Assembly (NCBI RefSeq): GCF_009914755.1
Contig: NC_060926.1
DNA: 64,000 nucleotides
Direction: 5' to 3' (one strand)
DNA from: the human T2T-CHM13v2.0 reference genome, Homo sapiens
Every line of letters starts with the position of its first letter. Position 1 is the stretch's first letter. The notes below the pieces were generated by a model. It did not search any database. It saw only the letters and a list, made by a program, of their open reading frames with translations, and had not been told where the DNA came from. The translations under genes were made by a program, and so were the position numbers. This document shows, one piece after another, positions 18,062 to 30,895 of the stretch.

Positions 18062-18959
18062 CTTTGTGGTTTTTATCTACTTTTGGTCTTTGATGATGGT
18101 GATGTACAGATGGGTTTTCGGTGTGGATGTCCTTTCTGTTTGTTAGTTTTCCTTCTAACAGACAGGACCCTCATCTGCAAGTCTGTTGGAATACCCTGAC
18201 TTGTGAGATGTCAGTGTGCCCCTGCTGGGGGGTGCCTCCCAGTTAGGCTGCTCGCGGGTCAGACCCACTTGAGGAGGCAGTCTGCCGGTTCTCAGATCTC
18301 CAGCTGCGTGCTGGGAGAACCACTGCTCTCTTCAAAGCTGTCAGACAGGGACATTTAAGTCTGCAGAGGTTACTGCTGTCTTTTTGTTTGTCTGTGCCCT
18401 GCCCCCAGAGGTGGAGCCTACAGAGGCAGGTAGGCCTCCTTGAGCTGTGGTGGGCTCCACCCAGTTCAAGCTTCCCAGCTGCTTTGTTTACCTAATCAAG
18501 CCTGGGCAATGGCGGGCGCCCCTCCCCCAGCTTCACTGCCGCCTTGCAGTTTGATCTCAGACTGCTGTGCTAGCAATCAGCGAGACTCCGTGGGTGTAGG
18601 ACCCTCCGAGCCAGGTATGGGAGATAATCTCGTGGTGCGCCGTTTTTTAAGCTCGTCGGAAAAGCGCAGTATTCAGGTGGGAGTGACCCGATTTTCCAGG
18701 TGCCGTCTGTCACCCCTTTCTTTGACTCGGAAAGGGAACTCCCTGACCCCTTGCACTTCCCAAGTGAGGCAGTGCCTCGCCCTGCTTCGGCTCGTGCACG
18801 GTGCGCACACCCACTGACCTGCACCCACTGTCTGGCACTCCCTAGTGAGATGAAGCCGGTACCTCAGATGGAAATGCAGAAATCACCATCTTCTGCGTTG
18901 CTCACGCTGGGAGCTGTAGACTGGAGCTGTTCCTATTCGGCCATCTTGGCTCCTCCTTC
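18062..18959 (-). promoter_or_regulatory. L1 5'UTR internal sense promoter and antisense promoter
   Basis: Relatively CpG-rich; YY1 site caagatggccg intact near 18938-18948; ~900-bp length fits the short post-L1PA3 UTR. Confidence 0.85.
18509..18817 (+). CDS. L1 antisense ORF0, open and extended to 102 aa (expression unknown)
   Basis: MAGAPPPASLPPCSLISDCCASNQRDSVGVGPSEPG matches the ORF0 N-terminus; ATG in gcaATGg context. Confidence 0.6.
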   Translation: MAGAPPPASLPPCSLISDCCASNQRDSVGVGPSEPGMGDNLVVRRFLSSSEKRSIQVGVTRFSRCRLSPLSLTRKGNSLTPCTSQVRQCLALLRLVHGAHTH

Positions 18960-21442
18960 TAGGTATTTCTCCTAATGCTATCCCTCCCCGCTCCCCACAC
19001 CCCATGACAGGCCCCAGTGTGTGATGTTCCCCACCCTGTGCCCAAGTGTCCTCATTGTTCAATTCCCACCTATGAGTGAGAACATGTGGTGTTTGGTTTC
19101 CTGTCCTTGTGATAGTTTGCTCAGAATGATGGTTTTTGGCTTCATCCATGTCCGTACAAAGGATATGAACTCATCCTTTTTTATGGCTGCATAGTATTCC
19201 ATGGTGTATCTGTGCCACATTTTCTTAATACAGTCTATCATTGATGGACATTTGGGTTGATTCCAAGTATTTGTTATTGTGAATAGTGCCGCAGTAAACA
19301 TATGTGTGCATGTGTCTTTATAGCAGCATGATTTATAATCCTTTGGGTATATACCCAGTAAAGGGATGGCTGGGTCAAATGGTATTTCTAGTTCTAGTTC
19401 CTTGAGAAATCGCCACACTGTCTTCCACAATGGTTGAACTAGATTACAGTCCCACCAACAGCATAAAAGTGTTCCTATTTCTTCACATCCTCCCCAGCAC
19501 CTGTTTCCTGACTTTTTAATGATCGCCATTCTAACTGGTGTGATTTGGTATCTCATTGTGGTTTTGATTTGCATTTCTCTGATGGCCAGTGATGATGAGC
19601 ATTTTTTCATGTGCCTGTTGGCTGCATAAATATCTTCTTTTGAGAAGTATCTGTTCATATCCTTTGCCCACTTTTTGATGGAATTGTATGATTTTTTTTT
19701 TCTTGTAAATTTGTTTAAGTTATTTGTAGATTCTGGATATTAGCCCTGTCAGATGGGTAGATTGTAAAAATTTTCTCCCATTCTGTAGGTTGCCTGTTCA
19801 CTCTGATGGTAGTTTTTTTTGTTGTTGTTTTGTTTTGTTTTGTTTGTTTGTTTTGCTGTGCAGAAGCTCTTTAGTTTAATTAGATCCCATTTGTCTATAT
19901 TGCTTTTGTTGCCATTGTTTTTGTTGTTTTAATCATGAAGTACTTGCCCATGCCTATGTCCTAAATGGTATTGCCTAGATTTTCTTCTAGGGTTTTTATG
20001 GTTTTAGGTCTAACATTTAAGTCTTCAATCCATCTTGAATTAATTTTTGTATAAGCTGTAAGGAAGGGATCCAGTTTCAGCTTTCTACATATGGCTAGCC
20101 AGTTTTCCCAGCACCATTTATTAAATAGGGAATCCTTTCCCCAGTTTTGTTTTTGTCAGGTTTGTCAAAGATCAGATGGTTGTAGATGTGTGGTATTATT
20201 TCTGAGGGCTCTGTTCTGTTCCATTGGTCTATATCTCTGTTTTGGTACCAGTACCATGCTGTTTTGGTTACTGTATCCTTGTAGTATAGATTGAAGTCAG
20301 GTAGCATGATGCCTGCAGCTTTGTTCTTTTGGCTTAGGATTGTCTTGTCAATGTGGGCTCTCTTTTGGTTCCATATGAACTTTAAAGTAGTTCCTTCCAA
20401 TTCTGTGAAGAAAGTCATCGGTAACTTGATGGGGATGGCATTGAATCTATAAATTACCTTGGGCAGTATGGCCATTTTCACGGTATTGATTCTTCCTATC
20501 CATAAGCATGGAATGTTCTTCCATTTGTTTGTGTCCTCTTTTATTTCATTGAGCAGTGGTTTGTAGTTCTCCTTGAAGAGGTCCTTCACTTCCCTTGTAA
20601 GTTGGATTCCTAGGTATTTTATTCTCTTTGAAGCTATTGTGAATGAGAGTTCACTCATGATTTGGCTCTCTGTCTGTTATTGGTGTACAGGAATGCTTGT
20701 GATTTTTGCATATTTATTTTGTATCCTGAGACTTTGCTGAAGTTGCTTACCAGCTTAAGGAGACTGTGGGCTGAGATGATGGGGTTTTCTAAATATACAA
20801 TCATGTCATCTGCAAACAGGGACAATTTGGCTTCCTGTTTTCCTAATTGAATACCCTTTATTTCTTTCTTCCGCCTGATTGCCCTGGCCAGAATTTCCAA
20901 CACTATATTGAATAGGAGTGGTGAGACAGGGCATCCCTGTCTTGTGCCAGTTTTCAAAGGGAATGCTTCCAGTTTTTGCCCATTCAGTATGATATTGGCT
21001 GTGGGTTTATCATAAATAGCTCTTATTATTTTGAGATATGTCCCATCAATACCTACTTTATTGAGAGTTTTTAGCATGAAGGGCTGTTGAATTTTGTTGA
21101 AGCCCTTTTCTTCATCAAAGTGTAGAGTTTTTAAATTTTCTCCTTGTTTGTTTGCTTTTATCATCATTATTTTTAATCAGAATTAAGCTGTCATCAGTTA
21201 AAAATAATTGGTTATAAGATGTTATTTGCAAGCCTTTGGAACTGCAAAATAGGAACTGGTAACAGATGCACAGAAAACTAAAAGCAATAAATTAAAACAT
21301 ATTACAAAACAAAAATCATTTACACAAAAGAAAACAGTAAGAAAGGAAGAAAGAGAGAAATAGTCAGAAGACAAATTACATAATGGTAGTAGTAAGTTCA
21401 TACCTATCAACATTAACATTGAATATAAATAAACTAAATTAT

Positions 21443-21545
21443 AGGCCTAACAAACCACCATGGCACATGTATACCCATGTAACAAACCTGCACATTCAGC
21501 ACATGTATCCCAGAGCTTAAAGTAAAATTAAAAAAAAGAAAAAAT
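21443..21545 (+). mobile_element. Short L1PA 3'-terminal stub
   Basis: caaaccaccatggcacatgtatacccatgtaacaaacctgcac...ttaaagtaaaattaaaaaaaag. Confidence 0.8.
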
Positions 21546-23253
21546 ACGATACAAGAAACAATTCAATACAACACAAGAGACACACTTCACCTATAAAGAC
21601 ACACATAGACTGAAAGGAATGGAAATAGGTATTCTATGAAAGTGGAAACCCAAAAAGAGCAGGACTAGCTATATTTATATCTGATAAAATATATTTCAAG
21701 AAAAAATTTTAGAAAGGTATAAATTCCCATTATACCATGATAGAGACAAATCCAGCAAGAAAATATAATAATTTTAAATATATATTCACCTGACACTTCA
21801 ACACCCTACTTTCAGCATTGGACATATCAATTTTATCCAACAGCTGCAGAATACACAGTCGTCTCTTCAGAACACAAAACACTCTCAAAGATAGGCCATA
21901 TGTTAGACCACGAAACAAGTCTCAAAAATTTTAAAAGAAAAAAGGAAATTTTATGAAGCATTTGTTCTGACCGCAGTATTAAAACTAAAAATTAATAGCA
22001 AGAATGTTGGAAAGTATACAAACCCATGGAGATTAAACAATATAATTTTGAATGACCATATGTTAATGAAGAAATTAATAGGGCAATTTAAAAATTTTCT
22101 TGAAACAAATGAAAATGAAAACACAAGTAGTATAACGTATGGGATAGAACAAAAGTAGCACAAAGAGGGAAATTTATGTTGATAAATGCCTATATCAAAA
22201 TATCAGAAAAACTTCAAATGAAAACCTAATGATGCACCTTATAAAACTAGAGAAGCCAGACAAAACCAGATCCAAAATAAGTACAAAAAAATAGTAAAAA
22301 TGCGAGCAGAAATAAATGCAATTGAGACCAAAAAAGTACCAAAGATCCAGAACAGGAAAAGTCATCTTTTAAAAGATAAGCAAAAATGATAAACCTAGCC
22401 AGACTAAGAAAAAAAAAGAGACACAAATAAATGAAATCCGAGATGAAAAATAAAACATTGCAACAAACATTACAGACATTCAAAGGATTATTAGAGGCTA
22501 TTATGAGCAACTGCATGCCAATAAATTAGAAATCCTAGAGGAACTGATAAATTTCTAGATAAAAACAATGCACTAAGATTGAACCATGAAGATATCCAAA
22601 ACCTAAATAGATGAAGAAACAAGTAACACAGTGACCAAAACAGCATGGTCCTGGTACAAAAACAGACAAATAGACCAAGAAAAACCAAATAGAAAGCCCA
22701 GAAATAAAGCCACATGCTTACAGCCATCTGATCTTTGACAATGTCAACAAAAAAAAGCAGTGGATAAACATCTGTAGATGACTAAAACAGGACACCGTAC
22801 CTTTCACCATGTACAAAAATCAACTCAAGATAGATTAAGAGCTTAAAGATAAACCCTAATACCATAAAACTTCTTAAAGAAAACCTAGAAAATACCATTT
22901 TAGACATATGCCCTGGCAAAGATTTCATAATGAAGATCACAAAAGCACTTGCAACAACAACAAAAAAATGGACAAATGGGATTTACTTAAACTAAAGAGC
23001 TTCTGCACAGCAAAAGAAGCTACCAACAGAGTGAAAAAGACAACCTACAGAATGGGAAAAATATTTTCAAACTATGCATCTGACAAAAGTCTAATATTTA
23101 AACTATATTAGGCGTCTATAAGGAACATAAAAATTTTTCAAAAAAAAGCCCCCAAACAACCCCACTCAAAAATGGCCAAAGGACATGGACACTTTTCAAA
23201 AGAAAACATACATGGGGCCAGCAGCATATGAATAAAAGCTCAATATCACTGAT

Positions 23254-23615
23254 GGATATGGTTTGGCTGTGTCTCTACCCAAATCTCATCTTGAATTTTA
23301 GCTCCCATAATCCCCACATGTGGGAGGGACCCAGTGGGAGGTAATTGAATCATGGGGGTAGGTTTTTCACATGCCATTCTCATGATAGTGAATAAATCTC
23401 ATGAGATCTGATAGTTTTAAAAAGGGCATTTCCCCTGCACATGCTCTCCTGCCTGCCACCATGTAAGATGTGCCTTTACTCCTCCTTTGCCTTCCACCAG
23501 GATTGTGAGGCCTCCCCAGTTATGTGGAACTGTGAGTTTTTTAAACTTCTGTTTCTTTATAAGTTATCCAGTCTCAGGTATGTCTTTATTAGCCACATGA
23601 GAATAGACTAATACA
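23254..23615 (+). mobile_element. THE1 (MaLR) solo LTR inside L1
   Basis: gatatggtttggctgtgtc...gaatagactaataca; ctgat on both flanks (right copy offset by 4 nt). Confidence 0.9.
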
Positions 23616-25397
23616 TTCTCTGATTACTAGAGAAATACAAATAAAAACCACAATGAGATACCATTCACACTAGTCAGAATGGCTACTATGAAAAAGTCAA
23701 AATAATAGATGCTGGCAAGGTTCTGGGGAAAAGGGAATGCGTATACACTGTTGGTGGGAGTGTAAATTAGTTCAACCATTATGGAAAGTAGTGTGACAAT
23801 TTCTCTAAGAGCTAAAATCAGAACTGCCATTTGACCCAGCAATCCCATTACTGGCTATATACCCAAAGTAATAGAAATCATTCTATCATAAAGACACATG
23901 CACATGTATGTTCATTGCCATACTATTCACAATAGCAATGACATAAAAACAGACACATAGACCAATGAAACAGAATAGAGGACCCATAAATAAATCCACA
24001 CATTTACAGTAAACTAATTTTTGATAAAAATGCCAAAAGACAAAAATGCCAAAATGCTACATTGGGGAAAGAACAATCTTCCATAAATGGTGCTGGGAAA
24101 ACTGAATATCTACATGCAGAAGAATAAAACTAGACTCCTATTTCTCACCATATACAAAAACCAAACCAAAATGAATAAAATACTTACAAATACCTGAAAC
24201 TATAAAACAGAAGGAAACTGTTAGAAAACACTCTAGGACATTGGTTTAGGCAGAGATTTCTTGAGTAAGACTACAAAAGCAAAAGCACAGGCAAATGAAG
24301 TAAAAATAGAATAACCGAACCATATCAAACTTAAAAGCTTCTGAACAGCAAAGTAAACAAGAAATTGAAAGACAACCCTCATATTGGGAAAAATATTTGC
24401 AAACAATCCATCTGAAATGAATTAATAATGAGAATATATAAAGTGCTCAAACAACTCAATAGGAAAAAATTTTGATTTAAAAATGTGCAAAACACACTTC
24501 TCAAAAGAGGACATACAAATGCCTAACAGATATACGAAAAAATAATAAACATCACTAATCATCAGAAAAATGCAAATCAAAACTACAATGAAACATTATC
24601 TCACCCCAGTTAAAATGTCTTTTCTTAAAAAGGCAGGCAATAATGAATGCTGGTGAGGATGTGGAGAAAGGGGAACACTTGTTCAGTGTTGATGAGAATA
24701 AAAATTGACACAGCGACTATGAAGAACAATATGGAGGTTCCTCAGAAAACTAAAAATAGGACTACCCTATGATCTAGCAATCCCATTGTTGTGTATCTAT
24801 CCAAAAGAAAGGAAATCAGCATACTGAAGAGATGTCTGCACACCCATATATGTTGCAGCACTATTTACTATAGCAAAGGCATGGAATCAACTTAATTGTC
24901 CATAAACAAACTAATGGATAAAGAAAATGTGGTATGGATACACAATGGAATATATTAAGCCATAAAAACCAAATATTGTCATTTGCAGCAACATGGATTG
25001 AACTGGAAGACCTTATGCTAAGTGAAATAAGGCAGGGATAGAAAGACAAATGTGACATTTTCTTAGTGATATGTGGGAGTTAAAAAAATTGAACTAACTC
25101 AGAAAATAGAATTATGGTTACCAGAGGTTGAGAATAGTATTGAGGAGGGGAGGGTAAAGTGGGGATGGTTAATGGATACAAAACATAATAATAAGATCTA
25201 GTATTTGGTAGCACAATAGAGTGACTACAGTTTACAATAATTTATTGTATATTTTAAAAATAATTAAATGAGTGGAAGAAGAATGTTCTTAACACAAAGA
25301 AATGATAAATGCTTGAGATGTTGAATACCCCAGTTGCCCTGATTTGATCATTATACATTGCATGCCTATGCACAAGGATTATAAGAGATAACGATAT

Positions 25398-26120
25398 TGG
25401 GAATCAAAAGGATTGGAGACAGGTCTAAATCAATTTGGAAGTTTATTTTGCCAAGGTTAAGGACACACCTGTGACATAGCCTCAGGAGGTCATAATGACA
25501 TGTGTCCAAGGTGGTCCGGGCACTGCTTGGTTTTATACATTTTAGTGAGACATGAGAATCAGTATGTGTGAGATGTACATTGATTTGGTCCCAAAGGCAG
25601 GACAACTTGAAGCTGGGGTTGAGGGCATTCAAGATCATGTGTAGATAAAAGACAAAATGTTGCATTCTTTTGAGTCTTTGCTTAGACTTTCACTGAGTAC
25701 ACAATTTACATGTGAGAGGGAAATAGAGGAATAGTCACTATTGTCTTAGTCTGGCATAGTGAATCTGCAATTTTATGTAAACAATAGGAGCAGAGGAAGC
25801 AATCAGATATGCATTTGTCTCAGGTGAGCAGAGGGATGACTTTGAGTTCTGTCTCTCCTTTGTCTGGGACCTCTGAAAAGAAGCTATCATTTTGCATTGC
25901 CTGGGTAAAATTCAAGAGAACTGTTTTCAGGTAAGAAGTTTGAGGCTAACAAGGAATTTCCTTCTGGAAAAATTGTGAGGTAGATATGTAGTTTTTTTAT
26001 CTTTGTATCTATTTTAGTTAGAAATAAAATGAAGGGCAGGTTTGTCTGACACAGTTCCCAGCTTGACTTTTCCCTTTGCTTTAGTGATTTTGGGGTGCTG
26101 AGATTTATTTTCCTTTCACA
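25398..26120 (-). mobile_element. MER4-family solo LTR (long variant, ERV1)
   Basis: Minus strand starts tgtgaaaggaaaataaatctc...aagtcaagctgggaactg; 4-bp TSD atat/atat. Confidence 0.88.
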
Positions 26121-26200
26121 ATATAAGTAGAAGGAGAAAATAAAAGTGTTTCCATATTTCAGAATAACTTCCTGAAAAAACTAATAGTAAAGAACAGTCA

Positions 26201-26970
26201 CAGTAGTCCCTTCTTATCCATGGGTGAGACATTCCTAGATCCTCAGTAGGTGCCTGAAACCTCAAACCGTACCAAACTCTATAATACTTTGTTCCTGTAC
26301 GTACATACTGTGAATCCCAAATATCTGGGACAGGTCTCAGTTAATTTAGAAAGTTTATTTTGCCAAGGTTGAGGACATGCACCCATGACACAGCCCAACG
26401 AGGCCCTGATGACATGTGCCCAAGGTGGTCAGAGCATGATTTGGTTTTATACATTTTAGGGTGACATGAGACATCAATCAACATATGTAAGATGAACATT
26501 GGTTCAGTCCAGAAGGAAGGACAACTGAAAGCAGGGTGGGGGCTTCCAGGTCATAGGTAGAAAAGAGACAAATGGTTGCATTTCTTTGAGTTTCTGATTA
26601 GCCTCTCCAAAAGAGGCAACCAGACATGCATTTATCTCAGTGAGCAGAGGGGTGACTGAATAGAACGGGAGGCAGGTTTGCCTTGAGGAGTTCCCAGCTT
26701 GATTTTTTCCTTTAGCTTAGTGATTTGGGGGCCCCAAGATTCACTTTCCTTTCACAATATCTATGATAAAGTTTAATTTACAAATTAGGTAGAGTTAGAG
26801 ATTAATAACAATAATAATAAAATAGAACAATTGTAACTATATACTGTAATCAAGGTTACGTAAGTGTGATCTCTTTTTCTCTCTTTTCCTCTCTCAAAAT
26901 ATCTCATTTTACTACACTATGGGTAACTGAATCCTTAGAACATTCGACCTTGAATAAGGGAAAACTGCTA
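26201..26970. mobile_element. MER44A-like Tigger MITE interrupted by a MER4A1 LTR
   Basis: TIR-like cagtagtcccttcttatcc ... gaataagggaaaactgcta; internal catac|ctatgataaagtttaatt continuous across the insert. Confidence 0.8.
26309..26756 (-). mobile_element. MER4A1-like solo LTR (short variant)
   Basis: TG...CA ends, homologous to 25398-26120 but lacking an internal block; TSD atac/atat. Confidence 0.88.
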
Positions 26971-27719
26971 TATTTCTTAATTTGATTAGATTAAACCTTC
27001 ATTTTAATACTAAAATTGCCTTTGACTAATTGAAGGTGAAATTCAAATATAGAAGAAGAAAATTATAGTTTGAAAATTATCAATTTGTCATTGTCATAAA
27101 TTGATATTAAGAACATATGAAGACTACTTAATTGAATACAACTGGACTTGCTTATAAAATATTATTCCAGCAAGAATTTATCATATCTTACATTGGAACA
27201 TCTGGCAGGCTACATGACATTTATTAAATTTGGCTTTTTCTAATATAAGGCATGCCAAAGCTTCAACTTAATGAACATTGATGGCTCATGCCAATCATTT
27301 GTTTCCTAACAGTGCAGATATACATATTTATTTGAATGATTTGGGGCTATATGGCATCCAAAATAAAACAAGCAATGTCATTGGAGTCAAAACTGAATCA
27401 AATTACAAAGAAAAATAATATATGCACAATCTAATTTGCAAGAAAAGAAAGTCTATAGTCATTTGGAGCTGTTTTTCTGATATAACATTCCATATGTGAT
27501 GGAAAATATCAGAAGAAAACAGGAAGCAAATACTTGATAGAAGCCTCTATATAATTAAAAACTGTGGAAACCTGGCCCTGGAACTGCTTGGCAGTCTTCA
27601 GACATTTTTACACAAAGCAAGAATGGACAAAATGACAATTCATTTCATTTGTGCCTTTTTTCTCTACCCAAAATGCAGTCATCTATGGCAAAACTATCTC
27701 CTTTGCCCTAATTATCATG

Positions 27720-28258
27720 CAGTAGTTTCCCACTTAGGTGTTAGCCTATGCTCCAAGACCCCCAGTGGATGCCTGAAACTACAAATAGTACCAAAGCCTA
27801 TATACACTGTGTTTCTTCTTATATACATATACCTGTGATAAAGTTTATATATTAGGCACAGTAAGAGATTAACCACAATTATAATAAAATGGAATAATTA
27901 TGACAATATACTGTAATAAAAGTTATGTTAATGGGGTTTCTCTCTCTCAAAATATCTTATTGGACTGTACTCATCCTTCTTTCTGTGATAATGAGAGATG
28001 ATTAAATGTCTATGTGATAAGATAAGGTGAGGTGAATGGCATAGACATTGTGACATAATGTTAGGCTGCTACCGACCTTCTGATGATACGTCAGAAGGAG
28101 ACACATCTGCTTTGGTTGATCTTGGATCATTGAACAATGATAATGTCTATGGTTGGCTGTCAGCAGCAGGCAATGTTTGGAATTTTTCACTTAATATTTT
28201 AAGATCAGTTGACTGCAGGTAACTGAAACTGTGGAAAGTGAATGAAGGGGGACTACTG
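27720..28258. mobile_element. MER44B-like Tigger DNA transposon fossil
   Basis: cagtagtttccc...ccaagacccccagtggatgcctgaaact ... gggggactactg followed by ta. Confidence 0.82.
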
Positions 28259-28349
28259 TACTTATCTTTTTCACCATAAGATCTTTGTGCCCTTTATACT
28301 ATTGGAATACTCTTTCTTGTATAAACAAATCTCTGCTTCTCTTTTCATG

Positions 28350-28497
28350 TTTTTTTATATTTACTTTTTATGGATACATAACAGCTGTACATATTTATAG
28401 GATACTTGTGATATTTGATAAAAGCATATAATTGTAATGATCAAATCAGAGTAATTGGGATATTCACACCTCAAACATTTCTCATTCTTTGTGTTGG
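28350..28497 (-). mobile_element. L1MA 3'-end stub
   Basis: ggatacataacagctgtacatatttatag...tgtaatgatcaaatcagagtaattgggatattc. Confidence 0.7.
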
Positions 28498-28862
28498 TCC
28501 ACCTCTTTGTATTTTCTCCGTAACGTTTCCTTCACTGAGAATGCATATGCTCTCTGAGGCCAATTTTGTTACAACCTCCAAGCAGGAAGATTGTACTGAC
28601 CCGAGAACTCTTGATGTCTAAGGCATTCTTCCTTTGAAAATTCTACCTTACTTCATATCATACATGAAGAGTTATCTGGATCCCATATTAAATATAATGT
28701 TTTCTGTACACGTTAACAGAATTACAATTTTGTCTCTGATATTATATTTTTATATTTAAGATTTGGTAGGGCTTCTTTTAGACAATTCTCTGGCATGTTC
28801 AGGAGTTCTTACAAAATTTAAAAATCTAACTTTCAATTCTTTTTTGTTTTTTACAAACATGG

Positions 28863-29228
28863 TGTATTAGTCCATTCTCACACTGCTATAAAGACATTAC
28901 CCGAGACTGGGTAATTTATAAACAAAGGAGGTTTAATTGACTCACAGTTCCACATGGCTGGTAAGGCCTCAGGAAATTTACAATCATGGCTGTTGGGGAA
29001 GCAGACACTTTCTTCACAAGATGGCTGGAGAGAGTGTGAGCGCAAGCAGGGAAAATGCCAGATGCTTATAAAACCGTCAGAACTCCTGAGAATTCACTCA
29101 CTGTCATAAGAACAGCATGGGTGAAACCGCCCCCATAATCCAATCACTTCCCATCAGGTATCTCCCTAAAAACTGGGATTACAATTCAAGGTGAGATTTG
29201 GATCTGTACACAAAACCTAACCACATCA
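28863..29228 (-). mobile_element. THE1D/MSTA-like MaLR solo LTR
   Basis: tgtattagtccattctcacactgctataaagac...caattcaaggtgagatttgg...aaccacatca. Confidence 0.88.
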
Positions 29229-29696
29229 TACAGTATTTAGCCTCTCAGCTACTATTTTCTGCTATGCTTTTAAGGATCTCCCCTCTGCATGGGCAGTTTA
29301 TGAATCAGCCAAAAAAAAAAAAAATGGGGCTATATTTTGAAGATCTTGTAGGACAATTTTCTGAGATCCTACTGCTTTTCAGCTCAAGCTCTGATCTCAG
29401 CCTCCTCAGTCCAAAAATATTGCCTTCTAATTCCTGAGCTCTTTTTCAGTAAACTTGGAACTGTAAAAAATTGTTCTAAGCAAAAAAAATCCAAAATGAG
29501 TGTGGCCTTCTTTTATGTTTCTCTTTTCTTAAGTAATGTAATCCCTCAACTCCTGCCTAAATTGGTGCTCTGTTAATGCCTTTCAAGGGTATTTCAGCAG
29601 TCTTAATATTCTATTTATTTATAATTGTTTCAGGAAGAGGATTAGTCCATTATAATCTATTTTGTCCTAGACAAAAGTAGAAGTCTTATTTAAGTA

Positions 29697-29753
29697 TGGT
29701 GATGGTAGTGGTGGTGGTGGTGGTGGTGGTGGTGTGTGTGTGTGTGAGTGTGT
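29697..29753. repeat. Compound microsatellite (GGT)n(GT)n
   Basis: Directly visible. Confidence 0.95.
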
Positions 29754-29787
29754 TTCTACTTAAAGAACTTTCATCTTTACTTTATAT

Positions 29788-30120
29788 CGGGGGTCTGCAC
29801 CACCCCCCGATAACCCCAGCTGGGAGTCAGTACTGGTCCACGGCTTGTTAGGAACCAGGCTGCACAGCAGGAGGTGAGCAATGGGTGAGTAAGCATTACC
29901 ACCGGAGCTCTGTCTACTGTCAGATCATCAGGCATTAGATTCTCATAGGAGCATGAACCCTATTGTGAACTGCACATGTGAGGGAGGGATCATGTGTGCT
30001 CCTTATTAGAATCTATCTAATGCCTGAGATGAAACTTTCTCCCTCCACCCCAACCCCATCCGTGTAAAAATTGTCTTCCATGAAACCAGTCTCTGGTGCC
30101 AAAAAGGTTGGGGACTGCTG
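29788..30120 (+). mobile_element. MER1B-like hAT-Charlie element
   Basis: gttaggaaccaggctgcacagcaggaggtgagc...ggtgccaaaaaggttggggactgctg; 8-bp TSD ctttatat/ctttattt. Confidence 0.88.
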
Positions 30121-30649
30121 CTTTATTTGATCATTGACTCATCTGCAACATTATGTACAAATCCCTCAGTAACCTCTACGGGGCAGCTTTGCATATGGTC
30201 TTATTTTGTTTATTTTATATGTTTTGCCACCTTCGTAGGATCTCCGATGCCAGATTATTTCTTATATATGTCTGTTCACTTGATTTTAGCCAACATATAT
30301 TATTAACCTTTGTATCATTGGTAATTCACTAAGCTCCCAGCATATGGTAGACGACCAAAACAAATTTATATTTGTTACAATCATCAACATCTTGGGTTAT
30401 TTGAGAGAAACTTCTTTTGCTTTCAACAAAATAATTGAGTAGTTTTTTATTTCATGATAACATGAATCACGAAAGATGTAAATAAGAGTTGTACTATTTG
30501 AAAACCTACTTGCAATTAAGTTACTATCTAAAAATACTTCATTTTAAGAGACTTACCCTATAAATTATGTTTATGTCATAAACTCAAAAATATTTCTTAA
30601 ATATAGTCTTTTAAAGTTACCATAGGACATCACTTCACTAAACAGTTTG

Positions 30650-30895
30650 AGATCTAGTGTTCGATAGCACAACAGGGCAACTTCAGCCAAAAATGATTTA
30701 TTGTACATTTGTAAATAACTAAAATAGGATGATCAGAATGTTTGTAACATAAATGATAAGTGCTTGAGGTGATGAATATACCACTTACCCTGATGTGATT
30801 ATTTATGCATTGTAATGCCCTTATCAAAATATCCCATATACTCCATAAATATATACACCTACTATGTACCCATAAAATTTTTAAAAAATAAAAAG
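30650..30895 (+). mobile_element. L1MA2/3-like 3' end
   Basis: agatctagtgttcgatagcacaacaggg...atacacctactatgtacccataaaa plus A-rich tail. Confidence 0.8.

Noticed and set aside
19814-19855. (GTT)/(GTTTT)/(GTTT) expansion within L1 ORF2
   Set aside because: An ordinary microsatellite born from an A-rich L1 tract.
25398-26756. Two MER4 LTRs as one collapsed provirus
   Set aside because: They differ in length, each has its own TSD, and the spacer is MER44 and unique DNA rather than ERV internal sequence.
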